A stretch of 52,285 bases of DNA from a virus (IMGVR_UViG_3300009149_000045:1-52285); one strand, 5' to 3'. Positions 40,192-49,471 are shown, numbered from the stretch's first letter. Numbers and translations are program-made. The notes: generated by a model from the letters alone, not told the origin.

Positions 40192-40230
40192 AGCGTTCCT
40201 AGACAACAATTTAATAAGGGGGTACTGGTA

Positions 40231-40404
40231 ATGTTAATAGGTAATGGAGAAGCACCTAGGGAACAAAACAAACAAAACGTATCAGATGAACAGAAACCTG
40301 TAGACTATTGGATGTGTTTAGTTTTCTTTATGTTTCTGTGCTTGTGTTTTTTAGGAATTAAGGAGATAGTTGATATTCTATTAAAGTATGACTTGTGGTG
40401 GTGA
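40231..40404 (+). CDS. Small single-pass membrane protein (57 aa; not in ORF track)
   Basis: AAGGGGGT RBS; WMCLVFFMFLCLCFLGI TM segment. Confidence 0.55.
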   Translation: MLIGNGEAPREQNKQNVSDEQKPVDYWMCLVFFMFLCLCFLGIKEIVDILLKYDLWW

Positions 40405-40418
40405 CACGGGAGAAATTT

Positions 40419-41513
40419 ATGTACGCAAGGTCAGCAAGAAATTTACAAGAATCATGCCACATAATTTTAAAAGATGTAATGGAATATGGAAAAGAAGTAA
40501 GACCAAGAGGTGTTTTAACAAAAGAATTGCGCCCATATTTAATGAAGATTGAAGATCCAACTGCAAGAACTTTATTATATCCTAAACGTGGTAATAATCC
40601 TTTTCACGCGTTAGCTGAAACAATGTGGATATTAGCTGGTAGAAACGACATAGAATGGTTATCAAAATTTTTACCAAGGGCTAAGGATTTTTCAGATGAC
40701 GGCAAAACTTGGCGAGCCGGGTACGGCCCTAGAATAAGGGCATATGAAGGTATCGATGATAATAACCATGCAGTTTATGTAGACCAAATAAACTACATTA
40801 TTGAATGTTTGAAAAAGGATCCAGAAAGTAGGCAAGCTACAATTATAATTTGGAATCCAGCAAAAGAATGCACTATAAAAGAATCAAAGGACTATGCATG
40901 TAATCAGCGACTCCATTTTGTGATACGAGATAATAAACTTGAATGTGAAGCAGTTGCGCGTTCGACAGATGCAATCTGGGGTTATTCTAGTATAAATGTT
41001 TACGAATGGACAGTCCTACAGGAAATGATAGCTAAAGCATTAAAAGTTCAGGCAGGGCCGTTTTATTTTTATTCGTCGTCTATGCATATTTACGAACGCC
41101 ACTTTGAGAAGGCAGAAAAATTAATAGACTCTTATATAAAATTACCAGAAGTGCCAAAATTTAGATTTGCTTCCCACATTCATGAATTAGACATGGAGGA
41201 ATATTTATGCGAAATACAAGCAATGTGTAGTTATATATTGAGTGGAAATATTTATTGTGCAGACATAAGGTTTGTAATCCTTGAAGAAATATATCTGATT
41301 CTAAAAACATACCTTTCTTTTATAGATATCTACGAGCTTAATACCGTAAAGAATAATAAAGACCTATATGACTTTATTCATAAAGCGAATCCAGAATTTA
41401 TTAATATTGATTATACTGACCTTAAAGTGTCATGTGTTTGGTGGTTTATGAAAAAAATAAATAAAGATGCTTCAATTGGTGAAGCATTAGACTTTGTTAA
41501 AGACATGCGCTAG
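40419..41513 (+). CDS. Thymidylate synthase-family enzyme, dUMP hydroxymethylase type
   Basis: RPRG, NPFHALAETMWILAGRND, FSDDG..WRAGYGPRIR, DPESRQA, catalytic DYAC, RSTDAIWGYSSINVYEW..LQE, SMHIY. Confidence 0.8.
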   Translation: MYARSARNLQESCHIILKDVMEYGKEVRPRGVLTKELRPYLMKIEDPTARTLLYPKRGNNPFHALAETMWILAGRNDIEWLSKFLPRAKDFSDDGKTWRAGYGPRIRAYEGIDDNNHAVYVDQINYIIECLKKDPESRQATIIIWNPAKECTIKESKDYACNQRLHFVIRDNKLECEAVARSTDAIWGYSSINVYEWTVLQEMIAKALKVQAGPFYFYSSSMHIYERHFEKAEKLIDSYIKLPEVPKFRFASHIHELDMEEYLCEIQAMCSYILSGNIYCADIRFVILEEIYLILKTYLSFIDIYELNTVKNNKDLYDFIHKANPEFINIDYTDLKVSCVWWFMKKINKDASIGEALDFVKDMR

Positions 41514-41522
41514 GAGAATGTA

Positions 41523-41876
41523 ATGGAAATTTTGGTCTATTGTGGTATCGCGGTATTGGTTCTTTTTGGCTTGGTTCAAGTTATTGAAATTGGTAAATGG
41601 CTAAAGGCTGTTTTGAAGACTACAGAAGCCTACGGTACTAAGATTTGGGATGTTGCATATGACGCGATTGGCAGGGTTCAGCAAGAATTTGTTGTGCCGA
41701 TTAAGCTAAAACATGGTGGAAAACTGACGGAAGCTGACATAAGCACTGCTAACGCAAAAGTTCGAGCTTATCTCGAAGCTGACCTAGAGAAGCTAGGTAT
41801 TGCAGTCAAGAAAGATATTATAGATATGAAACTTCCTGGGATGATAGAATTCGCAGTAAAGAAACTTAAGGGGTAA
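41523..41876 (+). CDS. Holin-like membrane protein (single N-terminal TM)
   Basis: AGGAG RBS; N-terminal hydrophobic helix; VQQEF..., MIEFAV C-terminus reminiscent of LL-H-type holins. Confidence 0.45.
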   Translation: MEILVYCGIAVLVLFGLVQVIEIGKWLKAVLKTTEAYGTKIWDVAYDAIGRVQQEFVVPIKLKHGGKLTEADISTANAKVRAYLEADLEKLGIAVKKDIIDMKLPGMIEFAVKKLKG

Positions 41877-41879
41877 AGT

Positions 41880-42251
41880 ATGACAAAATATTTATACGAA
41901 TGTGAAATGTGCGAGGATTCGTGTAAGACAGTTAGACATCAGATGTCAGAAAATCCGGTGATACTCTGCGATAACTGTTTGAATCCCATGTATAGAGTTA
42001 TAACAGGTGGACAAAAATTTATCATAAAAGAAGAGAATTGTGCAGAATCAACAAAGCCGGACTCTTATTTTGCAAATGCAGAATGGAATAGGAAACAGAA
42101 TCAGAAAAAGAAACGTAAAATGGCTAGAGAAAAATTGCGTGATAAAGATAAAGAAACTATGGATAAGCTGCACAACAAAATTAGTAATATGGAAAGAGTA
42201 GGAAAAGAAGAAGAATCTGCAAAACTAATTCAGCAGATAGATAAGTTATGA
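41880..42251 (+). CDS. FmdB-family zinc ribbon protein
   Basis: YLYECEMC...CDNC..PMYRVITGG. Confidence 0.75.
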   Translation: MTKYLYECEMCEDSCKTVRHQMSENPVILCDNCLNPMYRVITGGQKFIIKEENCAESTKPDSYFANAEWNRKQNQKKKRKMAREKLRDKDKETMDKLHNKISNMERVGKEEESAKLIQQIDKL

Positions 42252-42257
42252 GAGACA

Positions 42258-43292
42258 ATGAGCAAAAAAACAGATGTAAAAGATTTTCTTTTAGAAATAC
42301 TTAAAATCGCAGGATGTAAAGGAATTAGAGAAGGTAAAGACAAGATAAATTGCTCATGCCCATTTCACAATCCCCGAAAGAATGAAAATTCTTTCGGGGT
42401 TAATTTTGTTGCTGAAGATAAAGGCTATCCATTTAAATGCATGAGTGGCAAATGTGATATAAGGGGTAATATTTATCAACTGATAGCACATATCTATAAG
42501 TGTTCGTATAAAAAAGCATTTAGGATATTTGAAAAAAGAGTTTTAATAAATCCAATAAATATGTCAATCTTGAAAGAACTTTTTAACCAGCTACATAACG
42601 AAATTAATGAAATTAATAATCAAACTGTAAAATTCCCACCTATATCAAAAACAACAATTCCAATGATGAAATATCTTAAATGGAGAAATGAAAACAAGCA
42701 ACATAATGTTATGAATCTAGAATATATAATCGATAGATATAAATTGTATTACTGTTCTGAAGGTAGATATATGAATAGAATAATCATGCCAATAAAAAAC
42801 GATAAAGGTGAATGGGAACAATTCAACGATAGATCCGTTTTACATGATACAGAAAGAAAATCACTACACACTTATGGAACAGATATAACTAATTTTATAC
42901 ACGGATTAAGTGAAAGCAGTGATAAGAAAAAAGTTATCATAACTGAAGGTTCTTTTGATATGTTTCAAGTAATTAGTGTAATACTAAGATCAAGCAAATT
43001 AAAAGGCTTCGGATGTGTTGATTGTATGGGTACACTAATAAGTGAGCAAAGGGCAATACTATTGTCTAAGGCGTTTGAGGAGGCCTTTATACTATTCGAT
43101 AATGATGATGCAGGAGTTAAGGCAGCGTTTAAGGCAAAGTGTATTTTGGATAATGATATGTGCGTTCACGACATAACCAGAAATATTCCAAAAAAGAAAG
43201 ATCCTGCGATATGCACTTATGGACAAATAGTAAAGGCTGTGACTTTAAAGTCACAGCCTAGATTGTTTTATTATAAGGATAAGATTAAATAG
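42258..43292 (+). CDS. dnaG: DnaG-like DNA primase
   Basis: CHC2 CSCPFH...FKCMSGKC; NRIIMPI; TOPRIM TEGSFD and FDNDDAG; KDP. Confidence 0.9.
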   Translation: MSKKTDVKDFLLEILKIAGCKGIREGKDKINCSCPFHNPRKNENSFGVNFVAEDKGYPFKCMSGKCDIRGNIYQLIAHIYKCSYKKAFRIFEKRVLINPINMSILKELFNQLHNEINEINNQTVKFPPISKTTIPMMKYLKWRNENKQHNVMNLEYIIDRYKLYYCSEGRYMNRIIMPIKNDKGEWEQFNDRSVLHDTERKSLHTYGTDITNFIHGLSESSDKKKVIITEGSFDMFQVISVILRSSKLKGFGCVDCMGTLISEQRAILLSKAFEEAFILFDNDDAGVKAAFKAKCILDNDMCVHDITRNIPKKKDPAICTYGQIVKAVTLKSQPRLFYYKDKIK

Positions 43293-43293
43293 C

Positions 43294-43557
43294 CTATTCT
43301 AAAAATCTTAATTCACTAATATTAAACCATTCAATTTTACCATTTTCTGAATTACCAAGCATGACCCAACACACTATAATCTCTTCACTATTTGTTTCTT
43401 CTTTTGGTTTTATATCATTTGTAAACATGTTGCTATTAACAGACTTATCAATATCAATTGCAAGAACTTTATAAGGAATATATTTATCATCTTCTGTTTT
43501 TCGTTTCCAACCTTTTCTTGCTTTGCGAATTCCAACGTTAAACGGATTAAAGTACAT
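43294..43557 (-). CDS. Hypothetical protein
   Basis: Coupled to upstream minus-strand ORF; GGAGG RBS; convergent with primase. Confidence 0.6.
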   Translation of the reverse strand: MYFNPFNVGIRKARKGWKRKTEDDKYIPYKVLAIDIDKSVNSNMFTNDIKPKEETNSEEIIVCWVMLGNSENGKIEWFNISELRFLE

Positions 43558-43979
43558 TATTTTCCTCCATATGAGTTGTTGTTCTTATATAACCTAAGGG
43601 AAAATGCATAAGAACTTTTCAGTTTAATATCTTTAGAATTAGCTGGATGCTCACTAATAGCTATTATCTTTTTCGCCCTTTTATTGATATGGAATATACT
43701 TGTCATTCTTAAATACGCAAGATTAATAAAATCTTTTTCAGTAATAAATCGTCCATTCTTAGAATAATATTTTGCAACTTTCACATACATACCAGGAAAA
43801 TAGAATTTCAGTCTTGGATAAATTAAAGAAGTAAACGTTTTCTTTATAGACTTATTCTCTTTGAAGATTTTTGTCCAATTTATTTCTTTATCTATAATTA
43901 TAGCAATCATGCTTTTGTATAATCTACCTTGTTTACATTTTAACCAAGGAAATAAAACCCTTTTTTTCTTTTTAATCAT
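43557..43979 (-). CDS. Basic hypothetical protein
   Basis: AAGGTGA RBS before ATG 43979; part of a three-gene minus-strand unit. Confidence 0.55.
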   Translation of the reverse strand: MIKKKKRVLFPWLKCKQGRLYKSMIAIIIDKEINWTKIFKENKSIKKTFTSLIYPRLKFYFPGMYVKVAKYYSKNGRFITEKDFINLAYLRMTSIFHINKRAKKIIAISEHPANSKDIKLKSSYAFSLRLYKNNNSYGGK

Positions 43980-43989
43980 GATTTCACCT

Positions 43990-44517
43990 TTAATGAATTT
44001 CATTCATATAAATTTTTCTTGGTACATCTTCACTGTATTCACATATGTTTTCATAATATTCGAATTTAGATAAATCTACATTTATATATTTACGAAAGAA
44101 TCTTTTATACCAAAAGAAGTTTTTATATAATAACGATATTTTATGACATCTAGAATGTAAATTGTTCCATTGTGATTTTTGAGAATAACATTCACTTTCA
44201 TGAGATAAATACACTTCTCTTAGATTATATCCATGATTATTTGGAGCTCCAGCGTTTTTTTACCATTTGTTTTTCGCTAATCTATAATATTCAATCAGTT
44301 CTTTTACAAATGGTGTTCCATCATTCCAGTACCAATTAAAGATGGGATGTTGATATAGCCATTTATTAGACTTACCATCTATCCATTTCTTTTTTCTAAA
44401 TATTGCCAATAATAGTTCTGGACAGGTTAAACATCCAGAAATGTATAAATCTTTTTTATCCAAACAACTAACTGAATCTTCAATATTCACATACGGTCTA
44501 TAGATCTGCATTTTCAT
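43990..44517 (-). pseudogene. Pyrimidine-dimer DNA glycosylase/endonuclease V-like gene interrupted by one in-frame TAA
   Basis: MQIYRPY..S..CLD, HP.F..W, then KW*KNAG continues in frame to HSRCHKISLLYKN..WY; TAA at 44260-44262. Confidence 0.7.
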
Positions 44518-44652
44518 TTAGCCTTTTGAAGTATATAAGTATATAACTTTTTTTGTTAACTCAAATAACCCATTCAAAGTGGGATGAGTAATAGATTAGT
44601 TTTTGTAGTTTTGTAGTTTTTGTAGTTAATGTTAAAATTTAGGAGATACACA

Positions 44653-45030
44653 ATGGCTAGTGAATATGCTCTTTTGTCTTTTCAACCTTCAACCATTGAA
44701 GCAGATCGTGCTACAATGATTGGAAAGAAGGCGTATTTCTATACGACTTACGCTTATGCTCTTGCGGCAGTTGACGATGATGATCCCACTGTTGCTACTG
44801 GGATTGTTACCTTGATGAAGGTTAATCTTCAAACTGGCAAAGTAGCTGCGACTGATTATGCATACGATCCGTATGTCGATATTACAGATAAGAGCGTAGC
44901 TGTTGATGAGAATGGTAACATCAATGTTGCGTTTGCGACTGCTGCTGATCGTTACATGGTTTTCCCGGATGCCGCCAACACTCAGCCATTCTTCATTCCC
45001 GCTGAAAGACTGGTTGATGCTAGTGTGTAA
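44653..45030 (+). CDS. Putative abundant (virion-like) protein
   Basis: AGGAGA RBS; A/V/D/T-rich; own strong terminator. Confidence 0.5.
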   Translation: MASEYALLSFQPSTIEADRATMIGKKAYFYTTYAYALAAVDDDDPTVATGIVTLMKVNLQTGKVAATDYAYDPYVDITDKSVAVDENGNINVAFATAADRYMVFPDAANTQPFFIPAERLVDASV

Positions 45031-45058
45031 ATAGAATAAGATAATTTATTTTACTCAG

Positions 45059-45088
45059 AGCCACCGTTTACGCGGTGGCTTTTTTTTT
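45059..45088 (+). terminator. Rho-independent terminator
   Basis: AGCCACCG-tttacg-CGGTGGCT followed by a long T tract. Confidence 0.92.
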
Positions 45089-45130
45089 CTATTACGTTAT
45101 TATATATAGGCTTTTACAAGGGGTAAAAAT

Positions 45131-45532
45131 ATGATAATAGCAATAGATTTTGATGAGACTATTGTAAATTCAGAACTTATGAAGGACAAAGACATTGATC
45201 TTGTAAGGAATGGATATGACTTTAAAATATTAGGAATAAAGGAAAATGCAAAAGAAGTAATTTTGTGGCTATTTACAGAAGGACATACTCTGATATTATG
45301 GACTTGCAGAAATGGACACTATCTACATGAAGCTCGTAAATGGCTACAAGAAAATGAATTAGACGAATACTTTGAAACACACAATCAACAATGTGATATC
45401 GTTAGAGAACATCCATATTGGAGCTGTTTCAATACAAGAAAAATATACGCAGATCTTTATATAGATGACAAAAATCTCGGAGGATTTCCTGGATGGCTTT
45501 TTGTCAAAAAATATGTACGAACACTTAAATAA
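45131..45532 (+). CDS. HAD-superfamily phosphatase (BT0820-like)
   Basis: IIAIDFDETIV, LWTCR, RKIYADLYIDDKN. Confidence 0.85.
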   Translation: MIIAIDFDETIVNSELMKDKDIDLVRNGYDFKILGIKENAKEVILWLFTEGHTLILWTCRNGHYLHEARKWLQENELDEYFETHNQQCDIVREHPYWSCFNTRKIYADLYIDDKNLGGFPGWLFVKKYVRTLK

Positions 45533-45631
45533 AACAATCCTTGATTATTTGGTATTTGCATGGATAAATCAATGGCCATATATTATAAATAGCTTTTATT
45601 ATGTAGGTTATTAGCTATTGGGAGATAAAAT

Positions 45632-45790
45632 ATGGCAATATCCGTTAGAACACGTAAAAAAGAAGAAAGTATTGGTGTAAAAATATGGGAAATATCGTGT
45701 TTACTCGCAAGCATATCCGGTGGGATTGTGTTAAGTATCTATTTATGCATATGGATTGTATATAAAATTATCTGTTGGATTTTTTCTTAG
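45632..45790 (+). CDS. Small membrane protein (52 aa; not in ORF track)
   Basis: GGGAG RBS; hydrophobic C-terminal half. Confidence 0.5.
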   Translation: MAISVRTRKKEESIGVKIWEISCLLASISGGIVLSIYLCIWIVYKIICWIFS

Positions 45791-45798
45791 GGGAGGCT

Positions 45799-47697
45799 AT
45801 GAATATAAAAAAATTAGAACAGAAATTATACGAAGCAAAAATAGCATATTATCGTGGCAGATCTATTATGTCAGATGTAGAATACGATACAAAAGAATCG
45901 CTTTTAAAAGAACATTGTCCAGATAGCTTTGTATTAAAAATGGTTGGCACTGATAAGATAAATAATAAAGCTACACATGAATCATTTATGGGAAGTTTGA
46001 ATAATCTTAATAATGATGAAGAATACAAAAAATGGGTTAATAGGATAAAAAAACATAATCAATATAGTTTTACCGCAAGTGAAAAATTAGATGGGTTAAG
46101 TATAGAACTAATATATAAGGGCGGATTCTTAGTAAGCGCAATAACAAGAGGTGACGGATTAGTCGGAGAAAACGTTCTCTCGAATATATTAAAAACATCG
46201 GTGCCAATAGAAATAGATAGTTCTAAATTCGTGAATATATCAATAAAAGGTGAATGTGTATTATTCAAGGAAAATTTAGATAAAATAAATAAGCAATTAG
46301 ATAAAAAATATAAGAATTGTCGTAACGCTGCGGCTGGAATAATCATGCGTGATGACGGAAAATTCTCTGAATATTTAGATTTTATTGCATATGATTTTGA
46401 CAGTGAGAATGACATACCAATGAAACTTTATAGCCACAAGCTAGAGACATTGGATGACTTAGGGTTTAAGATTCCAGAATATATAAATTTAGACGATATA
46501 GATAAATTATATGAATGGATTCTGAAATATGAATGTTTTAGAGATTCCATTGAATATGACATAGATGGCATAGTAATAAGGATGAATAATCCATATGCAT
46601 ATAGAGATTTAGGTATTACTGACGGAAGACCAAAAGGGGCGATGGCATATAAATTTAGACCTATAAAAGCGAGAGCAAAGATAATTGATGTAATACATCA
46701 AGTTGGGAGAACTGGTGCCATAACACCAGTCGCAATAATTGATCCGACAATGGTATCAGGGAGTATTATAGAAAGAGCTACTTTGCATAACTATGAAGAA
46801 ATCGCAAGATTAAAAGTAGCAGTGGGTGATACAGTTGAAGTTGTTAAAGCAGGAGACGTAATTCCTAAAATCACTAAAAGAATAAAAAAGGATATCGATA
46901 GAATTAAAATTAAAACTCCAAAATTTTGTCCTTGTTGCAATAAAGAACTTACAAAAGACGGGGTTATTATAAGATGTACTGAAATAAACTGTTCAGAAAG
47001 AAAATTAGGTAGGATTAAAAATTGGGTAAAATGTCGTAATATAATGAATCTCAATGATGGTATCTTAGAAGCATTATATGTTGTAGGTTCAATAGAAAAT
47101 ATAGCTGATTTATATAAGCTCACATTCGAGCAATTAGCAATGTTGGGACTTAAAAATGGAATACTTGGTGAAAAACGAGCAAATAAGATATTTGGCGAAT
47201 TAACTAAATCATCTTACAACGTTGACTTAGCTGAATTTATGGGTTCTTTAGGGATACGAATGCTTGGTGAAAGCAATGCTAATAAAATATTAATAGAGCT
47301 AAGAAAAGATTATAATATTGAAACACCAGAAGATTTTATGGATATAAAATTGTGTGAATTATTCCATTTGATTGATGGAATAGGAAATGAAATTCAATCA
47401 AATATAATAGAAGGATTTGATAATTTTGAAAATGAAATTATAGAACTTTCTAAATTTATGAATTTTACAAAACAAGTTGAAGGGTCTTTAACTGGGAAAA
47501 CATTCTGTATCACTGGAACATTGAGTAAATCAAGAAAAGAAATAGAACAAGATATTAAAAATAAAGGCGGAATAATAAAAGGATTCAGTAATATTATAGA
47601 TTATCTTATAGTTGGCGAAAAGGCTGGAAGTAAATTAGATAAAGCTCAAAAAGCTAATATCGCTATACTAACAGAGGAAGCGTTTGAGAAACTTTAA
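45799..47697 (+). CDS. ligA: NAD+-dependent DNA ligase
   Basis: EKLDGLS, TRGDG..GE, RNAAAG, IDGIV, AYKF, VGRTG, ATLHN, AGDVIP, Zn finger, BRCT TFCITGTL...GSKLDKA. Confidence 0.97.
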   Translation: MNIKKLEQKLYEAKIAYYRGRSIMSDVEYDTKESLLKEHCPDSFVLKMVGTDKINNKATHESFMGSLNNLNNDEEYKKWVNRIKKHNQYSFTASEKLDGLSIELIYKGGFLVSAITRGDGLVGENVLSNILKTSVPIEIDSSKFVNISIKGECVLFKENLDKINKQLDKKYKNCRNAAAGIIMRDDGKFSEYLDFIAYDFDSENDIPMKLYSHKLETLDDLGFKIPEYINLDDIDKLYEWILKYECFRDSIEYDIDGIVIRMNNPYAYRDLGITDGRPKGAMAYKFRPIKARAKIIDVIHQVGRTGAITPVAIIDPTMVSGSIIERATLHNYEEIARLKVAVGDTVEVVKAGDVIPKITKRIKKDIDRIKIKTPKFCPCCNKELTKDGVIIRCTEINCSERKLGRIKNWVKCRNIMNLNDGILEALYVVGSIENIADLYKLTFEQLAMLGLKNGILGEKRANKIFGELTKSSYNVDLAEFMGSLGIRMLGESNANKILIELRKDYNIETPEDFMDIKLCELFHLIDGIGNEIQSNIIEGFDNFENEIIELSKFMNFTKQVEGSLTGKTFCITGTLSKSRKEIEQDIKNKGGIIKGFSNIIDYLIVGEKAGSKLDKAQKANIAILTEEAFEKL

Positions 47698-47823
47698 GTT
47701 TTATATGGTGCTATGGTATTAAAATTTATTTATAATGGTCTAGGATTAAATTGTGGGCCTTCCAAATGTTCTGTTTGGGTTATATTGTATATGTTTACAA
47801 TGTCTGCTAAAAGGAGGATAAAC

Positions 47824-48303
47824 ATGGTGGATGATTACCTTAAAGAAAGAAGAAGCAATCAAATTAAAGAAATGTATCCAGGAGAAATGATGAAGGGTGA
47901 TATAAAGGTTCACAAAAACATAGATATGGAATCAATAACTTTAACAGAATATTTAGTGTCCGCAAGATCACGCATCGATCCCAAAATACTAAAGTATATA
48001 CAAAAAGATATTTCCACAATAGAGACTCAAATAGATCAGATTAGAGACGATGTAATAATAACTGCAAATTTACGAGTCTATGGCAAAGAAATTTGTAAAC
48101 CACAAATATTAAATATTAAATATCCTATAGATTGGTGGCAGGCATTCAAAGAAAGATGGTTTCCAAAATTGATCCTTTCAAGATATCCAGTTAAATATAA
48201 TCACGTTAATCACGTTGTGAAAAAATGGAAAGTAGTAGAAGTATATGCTTTAATGCGTAAACCTCCTGGAATAGATACAACTTTGTGTCTTATGGAATAC
48301 TGA
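47824..48303 (+). CDS. Hypothetical phage protein
   Basis: AAGGAGG RBS before ATG 47824; YPIDWWQAFKERWFP motif. Confidence 0.6.
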   Translation: MVDDYLKERRSNQIKEMYPGEMMKGDIKVHKNIDMESITLTEYLVSARSRIDPKILKYIQKDISTIETQIDQIRDDVIITANLRVYGKEICKPQILNIKYPIDWWQAFKERWFPKLILSRYPVKYNHVNHVVKKWKVVEVYALMRKPPGIDTTLCLMEY

Positions 48304-48492
48304 CTGTGATATAGAATTTACATAAATTGAATATTTATCCTAGTTATATAATACATAACCTTGCTCCAAGTCTTACAGGAGACTATAAATCCTTACTGTC
48401 TATATAATGAAATAGATATATTATATTATCTGTGGATTTATTGGCTGACTGAGACAGCGTATTTCTTATGGTGTGTAGGAGGCCAATCTATA

Positions 48493-48747
48493 ATGAAAAT
48501 TGTAATACTCGGGAAAGTTGGTTGTTTTAACTGCGAAAATGCTAAAAAACGTCTAACAGACATGGGACTTATCTATGATTTTTATTCTATTGAAGAAGCC
48601 GCAAAGGGTTGGCGTGAATTAAATCTTATCAAGGCAATGACAGAATATCAGATGACTCAAAAACTTCCTATTATAATGATAGATGGTGAACCTTATTCTT
48701 ATGCAAAAGGAATAACTGTGGCCAAAAAGGGATTAGACAATGCCTGA
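48493..48747 (+). CDS. Glutaredoxin/NrdH-like redoxin
   Basis: AGGAGG RBS; IVILGKVGCFNC, LPIIMIDG. Confidence 0.8.
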   Translation: MKIVILGKVGCFNCENAKKRLTDMGLIYDFYSIEEAAKGWRELNLIKAMTEYQMTQKLPIIMIDGEPYSYAKGITVAKKGLDNA

Positions 48748-48955
48748 AACAGAATTGCTAAAAAAGTTTTCATTTATGAATTTAAAAACTGGAAATATAA
48801 GATGTTCCACTATTGCAGAAAAGATTTTAGAAGAAATCACAATTAAAAATATTCCGAAGCATAATTGTAAAAAATGTTATGGAAGAGGATATGTCAGTAT
48901 AGGTAAAAAATCTAAATTAGTAACTCCTTGTAAGTGTGTATTCAAAGTAAATTAA
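48740..48955 (+). CDS. Small zinc-finger protein
   Basis: CKKCYGRG...PCKC. Confidence 0.65.
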   Translation: MPETELLKKFSFMNLKTGNIRCSTIAEKILEEITIKNIPKHNCKKCYGRGYVSIGKKSKLVTPCKCVFKVN

Positions 48956-48963
48956 AAAATGAT

Positions 48964-48992
48964 TTGCGTAGTAAATTCCTTTGTGTTACACT
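48964..48992 (+). promoter_or_regulatory. Sigma70-like early promoter with extended -10
   Basis: TTGCGT-N17-TACACT with TG immediately upstream of the -10 (TGn). Confidence 0.65.
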
Positions 48993-49019
48993 AAATATAG
49001 CTAACATAAAGGAGAAAAA

Positions 49020-49388
49020 ATGGTAACTGTAAACGTAGAAGGGAAAGACTACACAATTAATGTCCCGAGTGCAAGATGTCCATTATCAGTCTTTGGAATG
49101 AATAGTGATAATCCCAAGATAGTTGGGATTTCTCCTTGGCCTAGCTATACAAAAGAATTGTATGATAAGCTTATGGTTAAAATAACTGAATATCATGAAA
49201 ACAAAGAAGAAAGATATTGGAAAGTACAGTCAAGCAGTAATGAAAGAGCATTTTATACTGTTAGAGTAAAAGACATGAATTTTATGTGTACTTGTCCTGG
49301 ATACAAATACCATGATCATTGTAAACATATAGACTATATCAGAAGACAGTTCAATCTGGAAGTCAACAAACTTAATCAAACTTTATAA
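49020..49388 (+). CDS. SWIM zinc-finger protein
   Basis: YTVRV...CTCPGYKYHDHCKHI; AAGGAG RBS. Confidence 0.8.
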   Translation: MVTVNVEGKDYTINVPSARCPLSVFGMNSDNPKIVGISPWPSYTKELYDKLMVKITEYHENKEERYWKVQSSSNERAFYTVRVKDMNFMCTCPGYKYHDHCKHIDYIRRQFNLEVNKLNQTL

Positions 49389-49396
49389 AATGGAAT

Positions 49397-49425
49397 TTGC
49401 GTATTGCGTTCGCAGGCTGTAGTAT
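49397..49425 (+). promoter_or_regulatory. Sigma70-like early promoter
   Basis: TTGCGT-N17-TAGTAT. Confidence 0.65.
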
Positions 49426-49471
49426 ATAGTTGTATTACATTTGGTAATACGCAACCAAAAAGGAGAAAGAA

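Noticed and set aside
40419-41513. Ordinary thymidylate synthase ThyA
   Set aside because: Lacks PPCH and GLPFN; carries hydroxymethylase-type motifs
44260-44262. Stop-codon reassignment suggested by the in-frame TAA
   Set aside because: TAA, TAG and TGA all end intact conserved genes elsewhere, and no other gene is fragmented this way
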